NCBI GenBank assembly: GCA_030390025.1
Contig: CM059438.1
Span: 73,284,001-73,348,000 of the forward strand
Origin: Squalus acanthias
Lineage: Eukaryota
Reading direction: 5' to 3'
Length of the DNA stretch: 64,000 nucleotides
Below are positions 1-13,272 of this stretch, piece after piece. The notes beneath the pieces are model-generated. The model made no database searches. It worked only from the letters and a program-made list of their open reading frames with translations, and was not told the DNA's origin. Positions within the stretch are counted from its first letter, which is position 1. Each line of letters opens with the position of its first letter. The translations under genes and the position numbers were made by a program.

Positions 1-393
1 AGTTTTAAAATTCAAACACACAACAGCAATTTTTGAAGGGCTGTTCAAAAATCAAAGGAAATAAATAAATATTGTGTTGAGTAATTCACAGCACACAATA
101 AGGAATCAATTTCTAAAATGCATGCTTTTCAACAAAAATATTCAAATTTCCAGTTTTGTGTCATTTACTTGTGCCCGATACACAAATTTATCACAGTGCA
201 CGACTCATTAAATACAAACAACCAGACCCGAGCTCAATCCAACAAACAGCTGCCCTCATTAATCACAAACAAATATTGATTTCAAATTGTTTATTCCAGC
301 CAGTGACGACAAAATATAATTAAATTCAGACCTCTTTTACAAATAATACACTTCATGCATTGAATTTATGAAGAATCCAGGAGGACTGTTTAC

Positions 394-453
394 CTTTATC
401 ACCATTTCAAATGTAAAGACCCCAGTGAACACGTAATCCAGATATTTTAGAAC
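394..453 (-). CDS. CACNA1B: CACNA1B exon 23 (IIIS2): VLKYLDYVFTGVFTFEMVIK
   Basis: cctcag| acceptor, |gtaaac donor, 60 nt. Confidence 0.95.
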
Positions 454-837
454 CTGAGGCAAGAAATAATTTTAATTTAGAATTGACAGTGTTTAATTCC
501 GCTGTTTTCAAAGTCCATTTTTCCGTGTTTCTTGGTGCTTCAAATAATCAATTTCAGTATTGCATTAGTAATTGATACGATACGTCCATGCAAGTAGGCA
601 AAAATACACTGCTGATTACAGAATTGTTTGAGAGACGAATGAAAACAGATAAAATATAAACAGGTGAAAAAGGCAAAAAGATGGACAAAAGATTTGAAGA
701 GTCAGTCTCAATGTTTTGCCATTGGTTCAGGCAGTGTCTTCAGAAATGAGAAAGAAAAAACCAGAGTTGGGACATTAATTAACAGCAAAAAGCACGGCGC
801 TAAAACAGCTCTTGTTGTAACAGATTGCAAATTAACA

Positions 838-1157
838 AAAGAAAGACTTGCATTTATATAGCGCCTTTCACAACCACCGGAAGTCTCAAAGCGCTTTACA
901 GCCAATTAAGTACTTTTGGAGAGTAGTCACTGTTGTAATGTGGGAAACGCAGCAGCCAATTTGCACACAGCAAGCTCCCACAAACAGCAATACGATAATG
1001 ACCAGATAATCTGTTTTTGTTATGTTGATTGAGGGAGAAATATTGGCCAGGACACCGGGGATAACTCCCCTGCTCTTCTTCGAAATCGTGCCATGGGATC
1101 TTTTACATCCACCTGAGAGAGCAGACGGGGCCTCAGTTTAACGTCTCATCCGAAAGC
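838..1157 (-). mobile_element. Deu-domain SINE (SacSINE1-like), 5'-truncated
   Basis: Reverse complement of the 3' part of the 44295-44736 copy, including GATGAGACGTTAAAC..GGCCCCGTCTG..CAGGTGGA. Confidence 0.8.
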
Positions 1158-2093
1158 CTTCAACCGTTGCCTAGGTAACCTCAATTACAGGCAACCAGAA
1201 TTTGGCTAATTATGATAATGTATACTTTCAGTTAATAAAACTAAAGGCAAATTTTAAAAATGCCAGAGGTAATTTGGCCATCAATCCTGCTTCTTCGGAC
1301 AGACTATGGGGGTAGTCTGAACGTAACCCACCGGACTCACCGGATTGGATCGGATCAGCCGCCCATTTTACACCCTGCCCGATTTTCCTTTTATTAAGAT
1401 CAACGACAAAGTAGAATCGGGCGGGGTGCAAAACGATCGGCCGATCCCATCCCATCAGTTTCCCACCAGGCGTATTAGGCTAGAATCACCCTCATGTATA
1501 ACTTGCACTATTGTACACACTTCCCCAAGTTATTTAATTTTCTAAGGGAAGTGAACAATCACAAGTAAAATATCGAAGATGATCAAACTGAAAGTTCTCT
1601 CTGAATCCCAGTCGTAATCAAGCAAAATACCCAGCCAATTGCGGCATCTTAATAATCAACATTATTCAACTCTTTTCATTACAGTCCACAGGCTGCATTT
1701 CCATGGTCCCAACAGGATTGGTGCCACAGAGTTTCACCGAACATTTGATCCTCAAATGTCTACATTTACCCTTGGAACGTTCAGTCCCTTTTTTAAATCA
1801 GCTATCCCTCCAGCCCCTTTTTTAAGGAGTTAATTAACACAACGGTACCCTTCATAAACAGACTCGTTCCACATATCTCCTAGCCAGAGAAGAAAAATCT
1901 GCAGTCTTGCTTCAGATTGGCCACACACTAACAATATTTTTATTTTAAGAAACTGCTCATACTTTCCTATTTTGATTGGTCATCGATTTATGCAAGCGCT
2001 TAGCCATGGGACATGGTATTGTAAAAATGTTTACCATTTTCCAATGCTTATTTATAGTTATTTTTGTTGGTTATTTTAAATAAAAGCTGCTTC

Positions 2094-2598
2094 AGAGGCA
2101 GTTCAGAGAAGGTTCACGAGGTTGATTCCGGAGATGAAGGGGTTGTCTTATAAAGAAAGGTTGAGCCCATACTCATTAGAGTTTAGAAGAATAAGAGGGG
2201 ATCTTATTGAAACATATAAGATTCTGAAGGGGCTTGACAGGGTAGATGCAGAGAGGATGATTCCCCTCGTGGGGGAATCTAGAACTAGGGGGAATAATTT
2301 CAGAATAAGGGGGCACCCATTTAAATCGGAAACGAGGAGGAATTTCTTCTCTCAGAGGGTCGTGAATCTTTGGAATTCTCTTCCCCAGAGAGCTGTGGAA
2401 GCTGGGTCATTGAATATATTTAAGGTGGAGATAGACAGATTTTTGAACGGTAAGGGAGTCAAGGGTTATGGGGAACGGGCAGGGAAGTGGAGTTAAGGCC
2501 AAGATCAGATCAGCCATGATCTTATTGAATGGTGGAGCAGGCTCGAGGAGCCAAATGATCTACTCCTGCTCCTACGTCTTATGTTCTTATGTTATGTT
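2094..2598 (+). mobile_element. CR1 LINE 3' end
   Basis: ORF 2122..2496 (YSLEFRRIRGDLIETYKIL...RNFFSQRVVNLWNSLP), 3' UTR and short tandem tcttatgt tail. Confidence 0.92.
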
Positions 2599-2951
2599 CA
2601 TTATTTACTAAAGCAAGAGATCATTTTTAGAGTATTGTAGGAAACATTGGTTGGAACTGGAAAACATAACAGAAGCTTGGAAATACAGTCGGGAACAACG
2701 GGAGCCATGTTCAAAATATATCGGAGTAGAGTTTCCGCTTTGGGTGCAATCGGCAATATGGGCGCAAATTGCGCTGGTTTTCCGAAGTGAAGTTATGGTT
2801 CAAGTTTCCACCCAAAGTCATTTGCATAATAACAAACGTAAAATCATCCATGAAACAGTGCAAGCGGGCAGCGTAATTGCTTATTATTTTTCCTAGCATT
2901 AAAAAACATTCCTTGATATATTTAAGAGTGATAACCTGGTGCAGTTTTATT

Positions 2952-3460
2952 GGGCCGTATATTCCGATGCCTACGGGTGTGTACGGGCTGTGTACACACC
3001 CGTAAGGACATCGGAAATGCCGGTTTCAGGCATGCGAAGCGCACGCGTTGAAAACCGGTATTTCCGATCTGTCAAGAATGCTCTTGACAGATCGGACGCC
3101 TGCCCTGGAGAAGGACCACTGCGGCGGGAGAGTTCCACTTTCTGCAGAACCTCCGCCCGCAGAAAACCCTTAGAAATCTTACGCCTGCTAAGGCCTGCTT
3201 TTACCTGCATAAGAATTGAAAAAATTTAAAAAAAAATTAAAATGTTTACTCATATCATTTAAAAATACTTTTAAAAGAGGTAGGTTTATTTTTAGCCCCG
3301 TAAAAAACTTGAATTATTTTTTTCAAAAAATTAAATTTTTGTTTAAAATATTTAATTTATTGTAATTTGAACTCATTTTAAAAACGTGATTTAAAAATTT
3401 TTTTATTTAATGTTTTACTGTGCTTTTGGGGTGGTCTCCATTCATATATTTGACAGGTCC
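2952..3460. mobile_element. PIF/Harbinger-like MITE, truncated; same family as 34013-34787 in opposite orientation
   Basis: Clear reverse-complement similarity to about 34250-34787 (compare ORFs 2939+ and 34499-). Confidence 0.75.
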
Positions 3461-3558
3461 TTCTCGAATGGTCGCAATTGGCAGAAACTCACCAGGTTCA
3501 TCATCACTGACCCGGGGACGTGGACAGTTTTGTGGGTGGGGCCAGCTTCCAGCACTAT

Positions 3559-4377
3559 GGCCAGAATTTTCCCCTAAAAAAAAAAGGGTGGGTTTGGAGC
3601 GTGGGGGCAGTTGAAGTGTTAAAAATGGGGATTCCCGACCTGATCCCGCCCACTTCCGGTTTTACCGGAGGTGGGACGGATGGGGGGGGCGACCAACCGG
3701 CTCCCAGGGAGCATTAGCTCAATTTAAATATCATAATGAGGCTGGAAGCCCTTTTTCCCCCCCCTCTCTATTTTGTGTTTAACTGCATGGGGATGGGTTT
3801 CACATAATTCGTGAAACCCGGCAGTTAAACAGAGGCGGCAACTGCTGCATCCGGGAGGTAAGTGGCTTTATACCTACCTCTTGGATCCAGGGTCCCGACC
3901 ATACCCACCCCCCATGATCTGAGACCGCCCCCGTCCCCCACCCCCCCGGCCTCCGATTACCTTCCCAGGCCTCCCCCCAACAATGATGATGAGGCCAGCC
4001 CCGATCCTCTCTCCACCCCGCCCCCCAATCCCCAGCCGACCCTCCCCCGCGATCCACAGCCGACACCCCTCTCCCGATCCCCGAACCCTGCAGATGCTCT
4101 CTCCCCCACCCCGCTCTCCCAATCCCCGACCCCTGCAGATGCTCTCTCCCCCACCCCCCTCTCCCAATCCCCGACCCCTGCCGATTGCCGATCCTCCTCC
4201 CCCGAACCGGCCCCTCACTTCTGAGGCCTACCCGCCCGCAGCCAGCCAGCCTCTCAATCTGGCTGGCTGTGGGCGGGAATCCAAGGCCTCACATTCAAAT
4301 CAGGCCCTGGCGGTAAAGTTGGCAGGGCCTGCGGGAAACCCGGCCCTCAACCCGCCTACCTGGGGAAAATTCCAGCC
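3559..4377. mobile_element. GC-rich MITE-like element
   Basis: TIRs GGCCAGAATTTTCCCC / GGGGAAAATTCCAGCC. Confidence 0.7.
4060..4185. repeat. 45-bp tandem repeat (about 2.8 copies) inside the MITE
   Basis: Unit ctctcccaatccccgacccctgcagatgctctctcccccaccccc; 15-aa period in ORF 3862..4224. Confidence 0.85.
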
Positions 4378-4907
4378 AATGTTTTTTAAATCAACATTAA
4401 AGATTGTGAAAACTCGAGTTAGGCTTTACTTAACTTGCGCTTAAAATTGTGCAATCTTTTATGCTGGTTTGGCCGATTTCAGGCGATTTGTGCTGGTTTA
4501 AGCAGAAATTCTAGGCCATTATGTGACAATATTACCAAAGCAGGCAAAGCGAAGTTATTGTTGAGCAAATGGAGAAACTGTTCTAATGTGTTCAACTATA
4601 AGAAGAATAAATATTTCACCATCCCCACTATAAATAGATTATAGACTCGTGCCATTGGTCTCACTGAGTTAGAGTTACTGCTTCCATTAATTCAAATCCA
4701 TACTATTATCCCAGCATTTTGCACAGTCAAACCAAAGGCTATTTACAAATAAGCAGGAAAATTGATGTACCAACACCAAATTTGTGATCCTTCTGAGGAT
4801 TTGAGGACACATTATTGTGCCCTTTACTAATTAGACTTTATCCTACGGATCTTATATTACAGTTCCTTTTTATTAGGGCATGTTGTAAGAGTATTTGCAG
4901 CTAAACA

Positions 4908-5120
4908 CTGGAATTCCTTCCCTAAACCTCTCCGCCTCGCTACTTCCCTTTCCTCCTTTAAGATGCTCCTTAAAACCTACTGCTTTGACCAAGCTTTTGG
5001 TCACCTGCCCTAACATCTCCTTACATGGCTCGGTGTCAAATTTTGTCTGATAATGCCCGTGACGCGCCTTGGGACGTTTTATTACGTTAAAGGCGCTATA
5101 TAAATGTAAGTTGCTGTTGC
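4908..5120 (+). mobile_element. L2-clade LINE 3' end
   Basis: Near-identical to the 3' part of 31791-32242; (TTG)-type tail. Confidence 0.8.
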
Positions 5121-5188
5121 TTAATTGGTTCCTTGAGCTATTCCTGTGATACTTTGACAGTTGTTGATTAGTTGCTGCACCGACTTAC

Positions 5189-5318
5189 ATTATTTCTTGG
5201 TGCATCTGCTTGCACAGGATCCTCCGCTGCCAGGGCTATGCTGCTCATTGCTATCACCAGCAGGATGCACATCTCAAAATATCGTAGATTGACAATGTAA
5301 TGGCATGCCCTGCGAACA
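5189..5318 (-). CDS. CACNA1B: CACNA1B exon 22 (IIIS1): [43 protein letters not shown]
   Basis: tttttag| acceptor, |gtaagt donor, 130 nt; [10 protein letters not shown] motif. Confidence 0.95.
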
Positions 5319-5416
5319 CTAAAAAAAAAGGAGTCACGAATGCACCATCACATAAGCATGCACTGTAGCAAGAAATGGGAATATCAATGAGTAACTTCAT
5401 AAACAGGTATTGTGAT

Positions 5417-5642
5417 TGACGTAAGAAAACTACTAGGCACTTGGTCTAAGCGTTAAACAAAGCTTTAATCAATTGTTTTACAACATGGAGGTCTAGTTGT
5501 CCTTCACTAGTTCCTGTTAAAGAATGTCCTGAGTAAGCTGGACCCATGCCCGAGTAATTATACTCTCCCTGGACAGCGCCACCAGCAGGCCGCCCAGTAT
5601 TATGTCATAAGTCATTTCCCATGAATGACAAGATTCATGTCA
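5417..5642 (-). mobile_element. Solo LTR (about 226 bp), 5-bp TSD GTGAT
   Basis: TGAC...GTCA ends, GTGAT on both sides, ATTAAA on the minus strand, second copy at 49404. Confidence 0.85.
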
Positions 5643-6350
5643 GTGATATTCTTTGGGACTGCAAACTGGTAGCAAACATCTCTTTTCATACAATATAAAC
5701 TTGCATTTTCTTTTCTCTCTTTTGTTCCAATATCTCTCACAATGAAGTAAACTCATAGAAATGGCATCATGTTACATTTTAATTAGTCAACTCTTTCTTC
5801 CTTTGACAGTTCATTTGGAGAAAAAAAACTAATTCTATTCACACACTAAACACCAATGTGGTGATTATAAGCCACCCAGCCTCCAGCTAAACTACAACCA
5901 AACTCAAGGAATCACAGTGAACCACTCTTTGTACCTCTTAATCCAATTACCTTAAACTAACATGCAAGTAATTCTTGGCATAAGTAGAATATGTTTCTAG
6001 CCCCACAGGCGAGGGTTTTACATCCCTCTTGTGATGCTGACCATGAACCAATGTCACATTATCAGTTGCTTAACCTCCGAGTGGACCAGGCTTGGGCGGT
6101 GAACACTGATTCATTAAATTCCTTCAAGCGAGAGCTGCACCTGTTTCTGGCGAGGGCGGCGATCACCTCAAACATAAAGTAGCTACTGTATAACTAATCA
6201 GGGCCAGAGTGGTCCCCTGGACTAGTTTCGATCGCCTAAAGTGGTTGGAGAGGAACTTTGCAGATTTTTGTCCTTAACAGGCCTGCATTTTCATCTGTTT
6301 TTTCACCTCTCCCAGGCAATTACATGGATTTCAGGTGGGGTGGGGAGTAA

Positions 6351-6370
6351 TATATATATATATATATATA
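6351..6370. repeat. (TA)10 microsatellite
   Basis: Direct reading. Confidence 0.9.
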
Positions 6371-6456
6371 GATAGTGATGCACAAGGCATTGCAGTTGTG
6401 TGGGCCAGGCTGGATGGACCAATGGGTCTCTTTCTGTCCATCATTGTCCTATGAAT

Positions 6457-6552
6457 TAAAAACAGAAAATGCTGCAAATACTCAGCAGGTCAGGCAGCAT
6501 CTGCAGAGAGAGAAACAGAGTCAACGCTTCAGGTCGATGACCCTTTGTCAGA
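6457..6552 (-). mobile_element. Penelope-like terminal fragment, single arm, degenerate hammerhead
   Basis: Same sequence as the arms of the palindromic copies; 14-bp TSD attgtcctatgaat / attgtcctattaat. Confidence 0.75.
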
Positions 6553-9479
6553 ATTGTCCTATTAATGTTTTTTTATGTATATACAGATCATATTCCAAGG
6601 GTTTTTAAAATCTGTACAGTACAAGACAAAATACACATAGTTGAACTTGTTTTTAATAAATACTGAACTAAAAAAAATGGGTTGAAAATTGCAGTATCTT
6701 ACTGAACTGTTGAAATGTTATCTTTATTGACTTCTGGTTAATTCTATGAAAACAATCGAAGGTAGCTACACATTTAAGCATGGTGCATTTACCCACGGAA
6801 CCATCCAGGGAGCTCCCTCAGCATATCGTGTCATATTCACCTCAAAATATACTAACTGAGATATTAGATTATTGGCAGTCATCATTTTGCCGACATTGAG
6901 CAATTTTATTTTCCCCTCCCCAAATTCTGTCCCTTCTTCCCTCAAAGGCACTGACTCTTGCATGATGACAGCAACGTTTTAGCACCTCACCCATTCTTCA
7001 CGTATGAGTTTAGCAAGCAAGTGGTGGTGGGATATTCAACTGTGAAGGGCATCAGAGCCAACCTGATACTATCTTCACCTCAGGTCCGGGTGTGCATAAT
7101 TTCCAGAAAGGCTCACTGGATCGGGAACTGATGATCTTTCCCTTCTCGAATTCCAGGGGCACGGAAGCCGGTTGTACCACTCCTATCATCCACCCAACTG
7201 AGATGAACTAACTCAATGCAGATCGGGGATCAATCCTGGGACCATACTGTTCTTTAGGGTTCAACTATGTACTGCCATAACCAGATGAGCTATTGGGAGA
7301 ATCAATCCTTTTTTTTTAATTCAAGACAAAATCTACAAAAGGGCAGATTTGTTTTGGTTAAGCCAAAATTTAATCAAAAAAACAGTTTGTAACACAACTA
7401 ACCAAAAGCACACTCAATGCCATTGACACCTTTGTATAATGGGACTGAGGTCATATATAAGGACACTGGAATAACATGAGCAATTCTGCATCTCATCTAA
7501 ATAAAAAATGTCCTCCAAGTTTTATACAATTAAATCTAATGTATATCTTAGCAAACAAAACAGGTACTCAATAAAAAATATATATTTTAAACTGAGACTT
7601 GGGAAAGCTCTGCAATATTCAAAAGTCACAGTTTGCCATGTAACATATTGTAGGACCTTTTTATGTTGACCAAGCTCAGTGTCACAAAACAACTGATCAA
7701 ATGGCACAGCAGGAGGAGGATTTTTCCAGCCTTCAGCACCATAAAGAGAACTGCCCTGGCTATGCCCAAACTTTCTTTTGATAAAGAATTGGATAATATA
7801 AAATATTATTCGAGTAACAGTAATGCAGCAGCACAAAATAACTAAATGCAAACAAAATTGTGGTAAGTGGGGGGGGGGGAAACACAAATTTTCAAAATAC
7901 AATTCATTGTCAATTGTCATGAATAATGAGCTATTGACATAAATAGTAACCTTTAGGAATGTTGAAACAGATTCTAATTCAAAGTCAGATATATTCCAAA
8001 TTTAAATCTAAAGGGTCTTTAGGAAACTATGGCCATCAAATGACACCCTGGGATACTAGTGTACAACAAATGCTTAACACATTCATCTTAAATTTCGATC
8101 TCTGCTATTTTAGCAGAGACGTTAGCCCATTTAAAATAACAGGGTACCATTTCTACTGAAACAGGTAGAGGTATTTTGCTTGAATAAATTGGTTGAGTGA
8201 TGCCCAAGCTAGTACCTTGAGCCATTCCCAGCCCTCGAACCCTCGTGGTCCTGGCTTGAAGCCCAGGAAACTCCGATCTATTTGTGTTTATAATTCTTAC
8301 TCATTGGTTTGTCCTGTTTGAATTGTGGGGGCCTGGAGTTCTTAGTGTGTTTGTCTCATTGGAGGATAAGTCCTATATCAGGAAACCTAAATTGGTTAGT
8401 ATCCACAGCTTGATATATGTGCAAATTAATGGGAACACGGATTTAGGCTTCATATGTGGCCGACAAGGATCCATGATATACACAAAGACATACAGCTTGC
8501 ACACTACTGTCATAAGTATTCCACAGCATAATTTCAAGGTTACTTCCGAGCAATAAATCTCACCCGCTCTCTCACTCAGTAGGAAAAATCTCTTTCTTAG
8601 TATGATATGCAGAGTGTTGGGCAACAATTCTCTCACACTGAATATGGATAACCTGTTTGATCGCAATGTCTGAAGCCCTAATGTAAGCTTTGCAGTGGCT
8701 TCAAAGCAGAACAGAAAGATCTTCAGAAAAACTCTTTTACTGGTATCAGTTTTCAAAATTTGTATCAAATTTTTGTGTTCTGAACAGCAAATATGCATCC
8801 TGTATCTTTAAAGTACTATATGAAGTTTAGATTTGCATTTTAATGCCAGTGTCTACCTTGAACTTTTAGCTGCTTCAAGCAGATACTATCTTTACAAGGG
8901 TATTTTTGGAAAGTCACTCACTCTGAGCCCTGCCCCTGAGTGGCAGAAATGCAGCCTCCTCATGGGGCACTGTGAATTCTCAGCAGCTGGCACACCTGGT
9001 GCCAGGAGCCAGGTGTGTCTTTGGCCTCTGATTTTCCTTCTGCCCCCTACTGGGAGACTCGGCCACAACCATGGTACAAGTAGAACAAATACTGTGGCCG
9101 GACAGGTAGCAGTCTCGTATCAGGATTCAGGACATACTTGCCACTTCCGGACCTGTATCTCATTTTCTATATGCTCAGGTTTATCATTAATGTATCCAAC
9201 AGGACTCTACATGTGTCATGCACAAATGCCCGAGAGCAACATGAAGAATTCAGTTGTAATAACTTTATTTTTAGAATCCTGGCAGATAGTTTACTTTAAG
9301 GCATTACTCTGCTAATTAGATTGAGTTTACATTGTCATTTAAACATTGGCAAACACTTCTGTGTCCACCTACTGAATTTAACCAGCTTAGCAATCTGCAA
9401 ATGTCTTCAGAATCTTTTGTGATTGAAAAAAAATGCTGAACATCATTTGAGAGGGAACACTGGATGAATAATCCAGAGA

Positions 9480-9865
9480 ACACGAGTTCAAAATCCACAC
9501 CACGGCAGTTTGAGAATTTGAATTCAGTGAAAAATAAAATCTAGAAATAAAAAGCTGGGATCAGTAGAAATGACCATGAAGCTGTCTGACTGTCGTAAAT
9601 ACCCATCTGGTTCACTAATATTCTTTAGGGAAGGATAGCCACCTTCCTTACCCGGTTTAACCTATACGTGACTCCAGACCCACAGCAATGTGGTCGACTC
9701 TTAGCTGGCTTCTGAAGTGACTGAGCAAGCCATTTACTTGCATCAAAACCACTACCAGTGGTTCAAGAAGGCGGCCCAACATCACCTTCTCAGGACAACT
9801 AGGGATGGGCAATAAATGCCGGCCTTGCCAGTGACGCCCACATCCCGAGAATGAATTAAAAATAA
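9480..9865 (+). mobile_element. tRNA-derived SINE (family of 21773-22327)
   Basis: gagttcaaaatcc B-box-like motif; shared body and CACCTTCTC..GGGATGGGCAATAAATG tail. Confidence 0.75.
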
Positions 9866-10658
9866 AACTAAGAGGGAGTGGAAATGTGATAGTATCAAAC
9901 ACGTATTATCTGTGGATGTGTAATAAATGAGGAACTTTGAGAGATATGGAATACAGAACACTCTGGTTGTAGCTACCCCTCCCCCTCACCACATCAGTGT
10001 ACAGTGATGAGATTATTGTGGAAGCTTGATGTTGACATTTTGGTATGTTCCCAGTCTGATAAAGGCCATCTGAGGGCTGTATAAAACACAAGCAGGTCCC
10101 CAACACACACTCAACCCGTGCACAGGTCAGTGTAAATTCAACCATCTACAATGATGGCAATCTTTCAGAAGACATCGAATATTATGCAAGAACAACATTT
10201 GTAGAGCACTGACTAGAATAATTCACTTAATAGAGTAGAGGTCTGCCTGCATTTCCCTGACAGGACAAAATCGGACCACAAAACAGCAGCCGGTACCCCA
10301 TCACCATAACTTTCTAATTTCCCAAACTGGATTCTGGTTACCTTGTGTGACTGAACTGGTACCATTCTGCTGGATGCTGTGCACCAAAATGGATTAAAGC
10401 TGCCCAAACAAATTTCCATTGAAGGCTATGCTAATGAAGTCAAGAACTTAAAATCAACTCTGCCAGGCTGAGTGGCATGTCAAATAATAATGGAAAACAA
10501 CCTTTCAATTTTATTATTCATGCATTTATCAGAGATAGTGATACTGACAACTTGCATTAATATTAACGTTGATGTAAAAAATCATCCCAAGATGGCAAAT
10601 GGAGACAAATCAGAAACGAAGATACTAAGTCATGGAAGGAGAAATTGGAGGTGGGGGT

Positions 10659-10680
10659 GGGGGGGGGGGGGGGGGGGGGG
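10659..10680 (+). repeat. Poly-G run (22 nt) in a G-rich patch
   Basis: Direct reading. Confidence 0.85.
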
Positions 10681-10694
10681 CGGGGTGCTGTGGC

Positions 10695-10975
10695 TGTGAC
10701 AAAAAGCTTGGCTAAAAAAATGGTTCTTGAGAAGGATGTAAAACAGGAGAGAAATGGAGAGGTGAAGCGGTTTAGAGAGGGAGTTCCAGAGATATGGGCC
10801 AAAGCGGCTGAAGGCTTTGGTATCAGTGATGGAGTGAAGGAAGGGGAGTGCACCAAAGGCCAGAGTCAGAGAACAGGAGGGCGCAGGAAGGGGATCGAAG
10901 GCCGGAGGAGGTTACTGAAATCGAGGAAAGGCCAAGGAGGGATCTGAAGACGAAGATACGGAGTTCAAATTATAT
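10695..10975 (-). mobile_element. Degenerate L2-clade LINE fragment
   Basis: Minus strand encodes AFSRFGPYLWNSLSKPLHLS, similar to the L2 ORF2 C-terminus at about 32000. Confidence 0.6.
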
Positions 10976-11259
10976 ATGCTCACTTCAGGGAATGCCATAA
11001 AATAATATGAAATTCTTCTATAAAATTGTACAGTAACTCAGCCATGTACCATGTGTAATTTTGTCTGTACTGTTGAGCATATGAATTATTTGTAAATTTA
11101 GCAAATTTCCTCACAGGAAATGAGAATAAAAACTGTATTGTTTTGAGCCCTGTTCAGTTAAATATCATAAGTTAATACTGTCTTAGTATTTTTAATATGC
11201 AGTACTACAAAGCATTCTTCAAACTTTTAAAATCAAATTGATACTACAGGAGGTATCCC

Positions 11260-11640
11260 ACAGTATCTCAGTGGGGTAATGCATTCCCCTAATAGTACTG
11301 CGCCGTACAGACCAGGAGGGTCACAGATTGATTCCCTCGTCTGTGCGAGTTAACTGATCTTAGCCAGGACGCCTGGATTACGAAGGGTTAACAACAGAAA
11401 TCAGCTATCATTCCCCATTCCCCATTCCAGACCACTGTTCAGTGAGCCGTGCTGGAAAGCAAGCGCAACTGGCTGTCAGTTAAGAACAAGACCAGACTTG
11501 GCTATGATGCTCCTCACAAATTGGAAAGCCTGGAGACATTGTTGAGGCTCATGCATGAAGAATGCAGGAAGGTCAAGAGGGTTGCAGGTGCCTGTGGAAA
11601 CACACCTCAGCAAGAATCAGCACCTTCAGGGGATGGAGAG
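11260..11640 (+). mobile_element. Old tRNA-headed SINE family. Other degenerate copies at about 6990-7300(-), 19240-19400(+), 29170-29340(-), 43690-43930(-), 49870-50200(-), 51200-51530(-), 57050-57330(+)
   Basis: Recurring motifs CTGTGC.GAGTTA.CTGATCT.AGCC and GCT.TGATGC.CC across copies; family not named. Confidence 0.55.
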
Positions 11641-12394
11641 AGCGAAGAATTGTCCATTTTTTTTTAAGACAATAGTGTACTATGTTATTGTTAATCAAGT
11701 CAGCTCACTTCTATGGAGAGAAGACGGATGAACGCTGTGGTGAATTAAAATGACAAGCAGTTTTATTTAATTCTCTTCAGTGTTATCGGTCATCCATTTG
11801 CATTATATCTACTGATATTCAACTCAACTTTTTGAAGTCAAGCAGTGTTAGTGTTGGAAGCAACGGGAGCTACAGTTAAGTTTTCTTCGTAGATTGTCTT
11901 CAGCCCATCTACTAAAACTATCCATATAGTTGTGCCTTTGTACAACAGACGCTAGCTGGATATACATTTAATCTGATTAATTTGGAGTTTTACAATCGCT
12001 GTTTTTTAATGTTCCATACGCCAATCCAGTTTCCCTATTATAATAACTTGCATAGTAATCGAAGCTGCTTCAATTAAATTACTGACATGTAACGCTTTTT
12101 CCAGAATTACAGAAAGCAATGTGCTGGTATGTTTCCGATTTTCAATAAAATTCTAATTAAGAAAATGAAATATTTTAAAGTTCACTTTTTTTTGCATTGC
12201 TGAATAAATGACCAGTCCAATTGTCAAATGTCGCCTCAGAAGTCTGAGGCATTTATGACTATAGCAATTACTGCTGTTGATTAGATTAAGCTACAAAGAA
12301 AGTTTTATGCAAAATCTAGTTTCAACCTTTCAGAAGGTTATTTGTCCAAGAGGCACAACAATTAGAGCAGGATTATGTGTGGGAGGACCTTCAC

Positions 12395-12517
12395 CACACG
12401 GACTGCAGTGGTTCAAGAAGGCGGCTCACCACCACCTTCTCGAGGGTAATTAGGGATGGGCAATAAATGCTGGCCTTGCCAGCGACGCCCCCATCCCATA
12501 AAAACAAATTTTAAAAA
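12395..12517 (+). mobile_element. 3' tail of the SINE/LINE family seen at 21773
   Basis: ACCACACGGACTGCAG.GGTTCAAG..GGCGGCTCACCACCACCTTCTC matches 22203-22320. Confidence 0.75.
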
Positions 12518-13272
12518 AGTTATGCTTGCCGCCTTTTCAGAGTAACCTACTGCTCCAAACATGCAGATTTTCTGCAATCTACAGAACAATGGGGTTGCTT
12601 TTCAAGTGAGCCTGTTCACCTGGTGGGCAGAACGAGCCCACCACCCATCCGATGAACTGTGCCAGAGTCCTGAACCATTTTCATGGTCGGGTCTCATTAA
12701 AATATTATTAGCAAGCTGCCCCGCGTGGTTGGAGCCCTGAATGGCACTGTGCTCATCAGAGAGGTGGGTGGGGTGGGGGGGGGGGAAATAATCTGGCCGC
12801 TCCTCCGTGGAGCTGAGCTGCCAGTTGTTCCTTAAAGAGGAGGGCTAGGCGATCGCAGTGGGGGAGGGGGACGGACGGATGGACGGTTCGGTAGTGAATG
12901 GTAAGATTTTTGTGGGATGCAGGAGGAGCATTAATGTTGATCATGAGGAGTGGGGGTGGTTGGGAGGGGGGAGCTGTAGGAGCTTAGGAAGGGCTGAATT
13001 CTGAAGGATGAATGTATTGTGACAACTCGGTGGCAGCTTCCAAAAAAATCTGGCGTTGGCATCGGGATCCTGTGCACCGTTGCCACACAATCTGTACATT
13101 CAGCGAGTGGAAACCCTTCCTGCTGAATCTTCCTGTTGACTGCCTCCCCCTGACTTCACAAAAAAAGTTTCAAAAAACTAACTTGGAGCATTTTCTGAAT
13201 GGCCTCCAGTGTGTGAAGGAATAAGCCATATTCAGAAAAATACACCATTCTATGAAATAATTCTGGCCTTAT

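Larger units (their letters stand above)
2723..4517. mobile_element. Outer MITE-like element hosting two nested MITEs
   Basis: Imperfect TIRs GGAGTAGAGTTTCCGCT / AGCAGAAATTCTAGGCC; flanks ATC/ATT. Confidence 0.5.

Noticed and set aside
3800-4444. Overlapping Pro/Gly-rich ORFs of 88-153 aa
   Set aside because: They arise from the GC-rich 45-bp tandem repeat inside a MITE; no splice or domain support.
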